From positions 154,194,001 to 154,258,000 of the forward strand of contig OZ296648.1 in NCBI GenBank assembly GCA_965655095.1: a DNA stretch of 64,000 bases, in the 5' to 3' direction. This DNA is from Haplodiscus bocki (lineage: Eukaryota). The translations under genes were made by a program, and so were the position numbers. This document shows, in pieces, positions 62,366 to 64,000 of the stretch (positions are counted from its first letter, which is position 1; the number at the start of each line of letters is the position of its first letter). Below the pieces are notes generated by a model. The model saw only the letters and a list, made by a program, of their open reading frames with translations. It ran no database searches and was not told where the DNA came from.

Positions 62366-64000
62366 TTAAATCCATACCCATGAAACTACAGGGCGTGACA
62401 GAGGAACAAACCAACCGTTTAAAGTATCAGCTTTTTTTGTGTTAATTGTAACTGACTTATACTGTAATTTTTTTCAAAGTTTTCCACAGTTCATTTGGAA
62501 ATTTAAATATGTTTCCAATCGTTTTCTGATCAGTCAATGAATGATTTCGAATATTCTATTTCAAGTACAGGTTGGTTGGCAATTGTCTCAAAGTAATTTA
62601 TTTTTGGATCTTTGTTTGGTTGCTATTCGGTTGGGTCGGCTCAATTTGAACGATCTTTTATGCCGTTTTTCTGGAACGTATTTGTTAGAGATGTGCAAAT
62701 TTTAACGTGCGCTTCTCTTCTCTTACTAGTGGTTTATTTTTGAAACATCCTGTTCAAAAGCGGTCTCATCTCGTACCATACAACGCACCTTAAAATAATT
62801 TATTACGTAATGTGCGCGCTCTTTGAATTTTTTCAAGATTCACTTCACTCGCTCTCATTACGCTGTGCAATTGAATTAATTGTTTATTTTTATTGATCTT
62901 TGATTTCGCACTGCCAAAATTGGTGGTTTACTGCCACTTTAAAAATGGTGGTTTAGTCTCGCATCCGAAATTCACCATTCCAATTAACAGATCGTTCAGC
63001 GCTGAAACTGTTGTGATTTATTAAAACCTCAATTGGTTCAGCTTAGTTTATGTTGACTGCTTTGATTTGTTGTTTTGATTATTCATCAGCATTGCAGTGA
63101 ATTTCAGTGTAATTACTTCAACTTTTCTGAAAGGGTCATTTTTTCGAGGCAGTCTTGCCTCCACTGGAATCTCTGAATCGAAGAAATACGTATTGGACAT
63201 ACCGAATAGCCCCTTTCATGTATGTTTTTTGAAATCTCAATATCTGTCGAAAGCCCCGTTTCGCTTTAGGGGATGAAGCAAACACTGATCTGGTTCTTTT
63301 AGTACTTAGCAGTGCTTCAGTTTCTTCTCACGTCTTTCCGCCGTCTCTTTCAACAAAATGAAGATCGTTTCGGAGAGAACTGTCGGTTTTTCTCAAGGAT
63401 CTCATTCGAAAAATAACAAAGAACATTGGCTGTTTTTAAGCGCCAATTTGAATTAGTTCTCTTTGTGGTTCCTTTGTGAAGCACCGGGAGACCGAAAATA
63501 TCTCAGGGCTACTGTGCCTCTTGTTAAAGTTCATTTTTACAGTTGTTGATTTTGATGGATTGTGATGGTGTGAATAAGATCTCTGAAGACACTGTGTCCG
63601 AGTCTGTTCATGGAGTTTCTCGTAAGATTGCTGTGTAAGTATGTTCCTGAAGTTTGTCTAACAGTTGTCTATACAGTCCAACTACGATTGTTTTTGAAAA
63701 ATTTCAAACCCTTAAATAAAAACTGGCTATATCGAGGAACAGTCGAGTTGGGACTGTTTTTCGCATTTCCTTTTCATTTCCGAGAAACAATGATTTTCTT
63801 GCCAGCGAAGTTTGGATGGATAAAATTGCAATGGAAATAGTAATTTCGAAAGGCAGTGATGGATTTATTTGAAATTTTTTCATCTATCGCAAAGTTTGAG
63901 CTGGTCTAAGGGCGACCAAGTTACCAAGCACTTCGAAATTTTCTTTCCACGATAATACTGACATGAAGTAGGCAAATCTGATCAAATCTCGTTTTGAATG

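Noticed and set aside
62400-64000. Short ORFs and possible coding remnants at the window end
   Set aside because: No recognisable motif or boundary in any frame I could read.
1-64000. Most of the supplied 60-150 aa ORFs as intact genes
   Set aside because: They are frameshift fragments or antisense shadows of decayed TE genes; many use non-ATG starts not applicable to a eukaryotic locus.

Overview
Eukaryotic (metazoan-like) heterochromatic window made almost entirely of nested, decayed transposable elements. There is no intact host gene, rRNA, confident tRNA or CRISPR. All protein motif calls come from translation by eye; no database searches were run. Left to right: (1) terminal fragment of an AT-rich Polinton/Maverick (pPolB N-terminus, subterminal repeat array; 1-~3404). 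(2) A minus-strand LRR/ANK/Roc-like pseudogene (3405-7683, possibly continuing 22047-23190). (3) A full-length 14.4-kb Ty3/Gypsy LTR retrotransposon (7684-22041, minus strand, perfect GCACC target-site duplication). Its long LTR encodes the Gag N-terminus, and between pol and the 3' LTR it carries a ~4-kb antisense gene with two apparent phase-0 GT-AG introns that encodes a zinc-finger/hAT-transposase-like protein, plus a divergent orphan ORF. (4) A second Gypsy (23193-~32540, plus strand) with an extra ORF before gag and a TARG1/Poa1p-like macrodomain after integrase. (5) An unclassified minus-strand coding-like region interrupted by (6) a full-length 15.2-kb Polinton (36646-51856; AGTAGT TIRs, 6-bp TSD, ATPase, integrase, capsids, protease, pPolB) with an HUH-motif ORF and a terminal palindrome, and by (7) a 1.68-kb solo LTR (53677-55355). 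(8) A LINE remnant (SGNH ORF + PHD/RRM ORF1 + APE). (9) A composite tRNA-like/minisatellite/hairpin repeat. Best novelty candidates: the antisense spliced hAT-like cargo gene in Gypsy-1, the HUH plus hairpin Polinton, and the integrase-macrodomain Gypsy.
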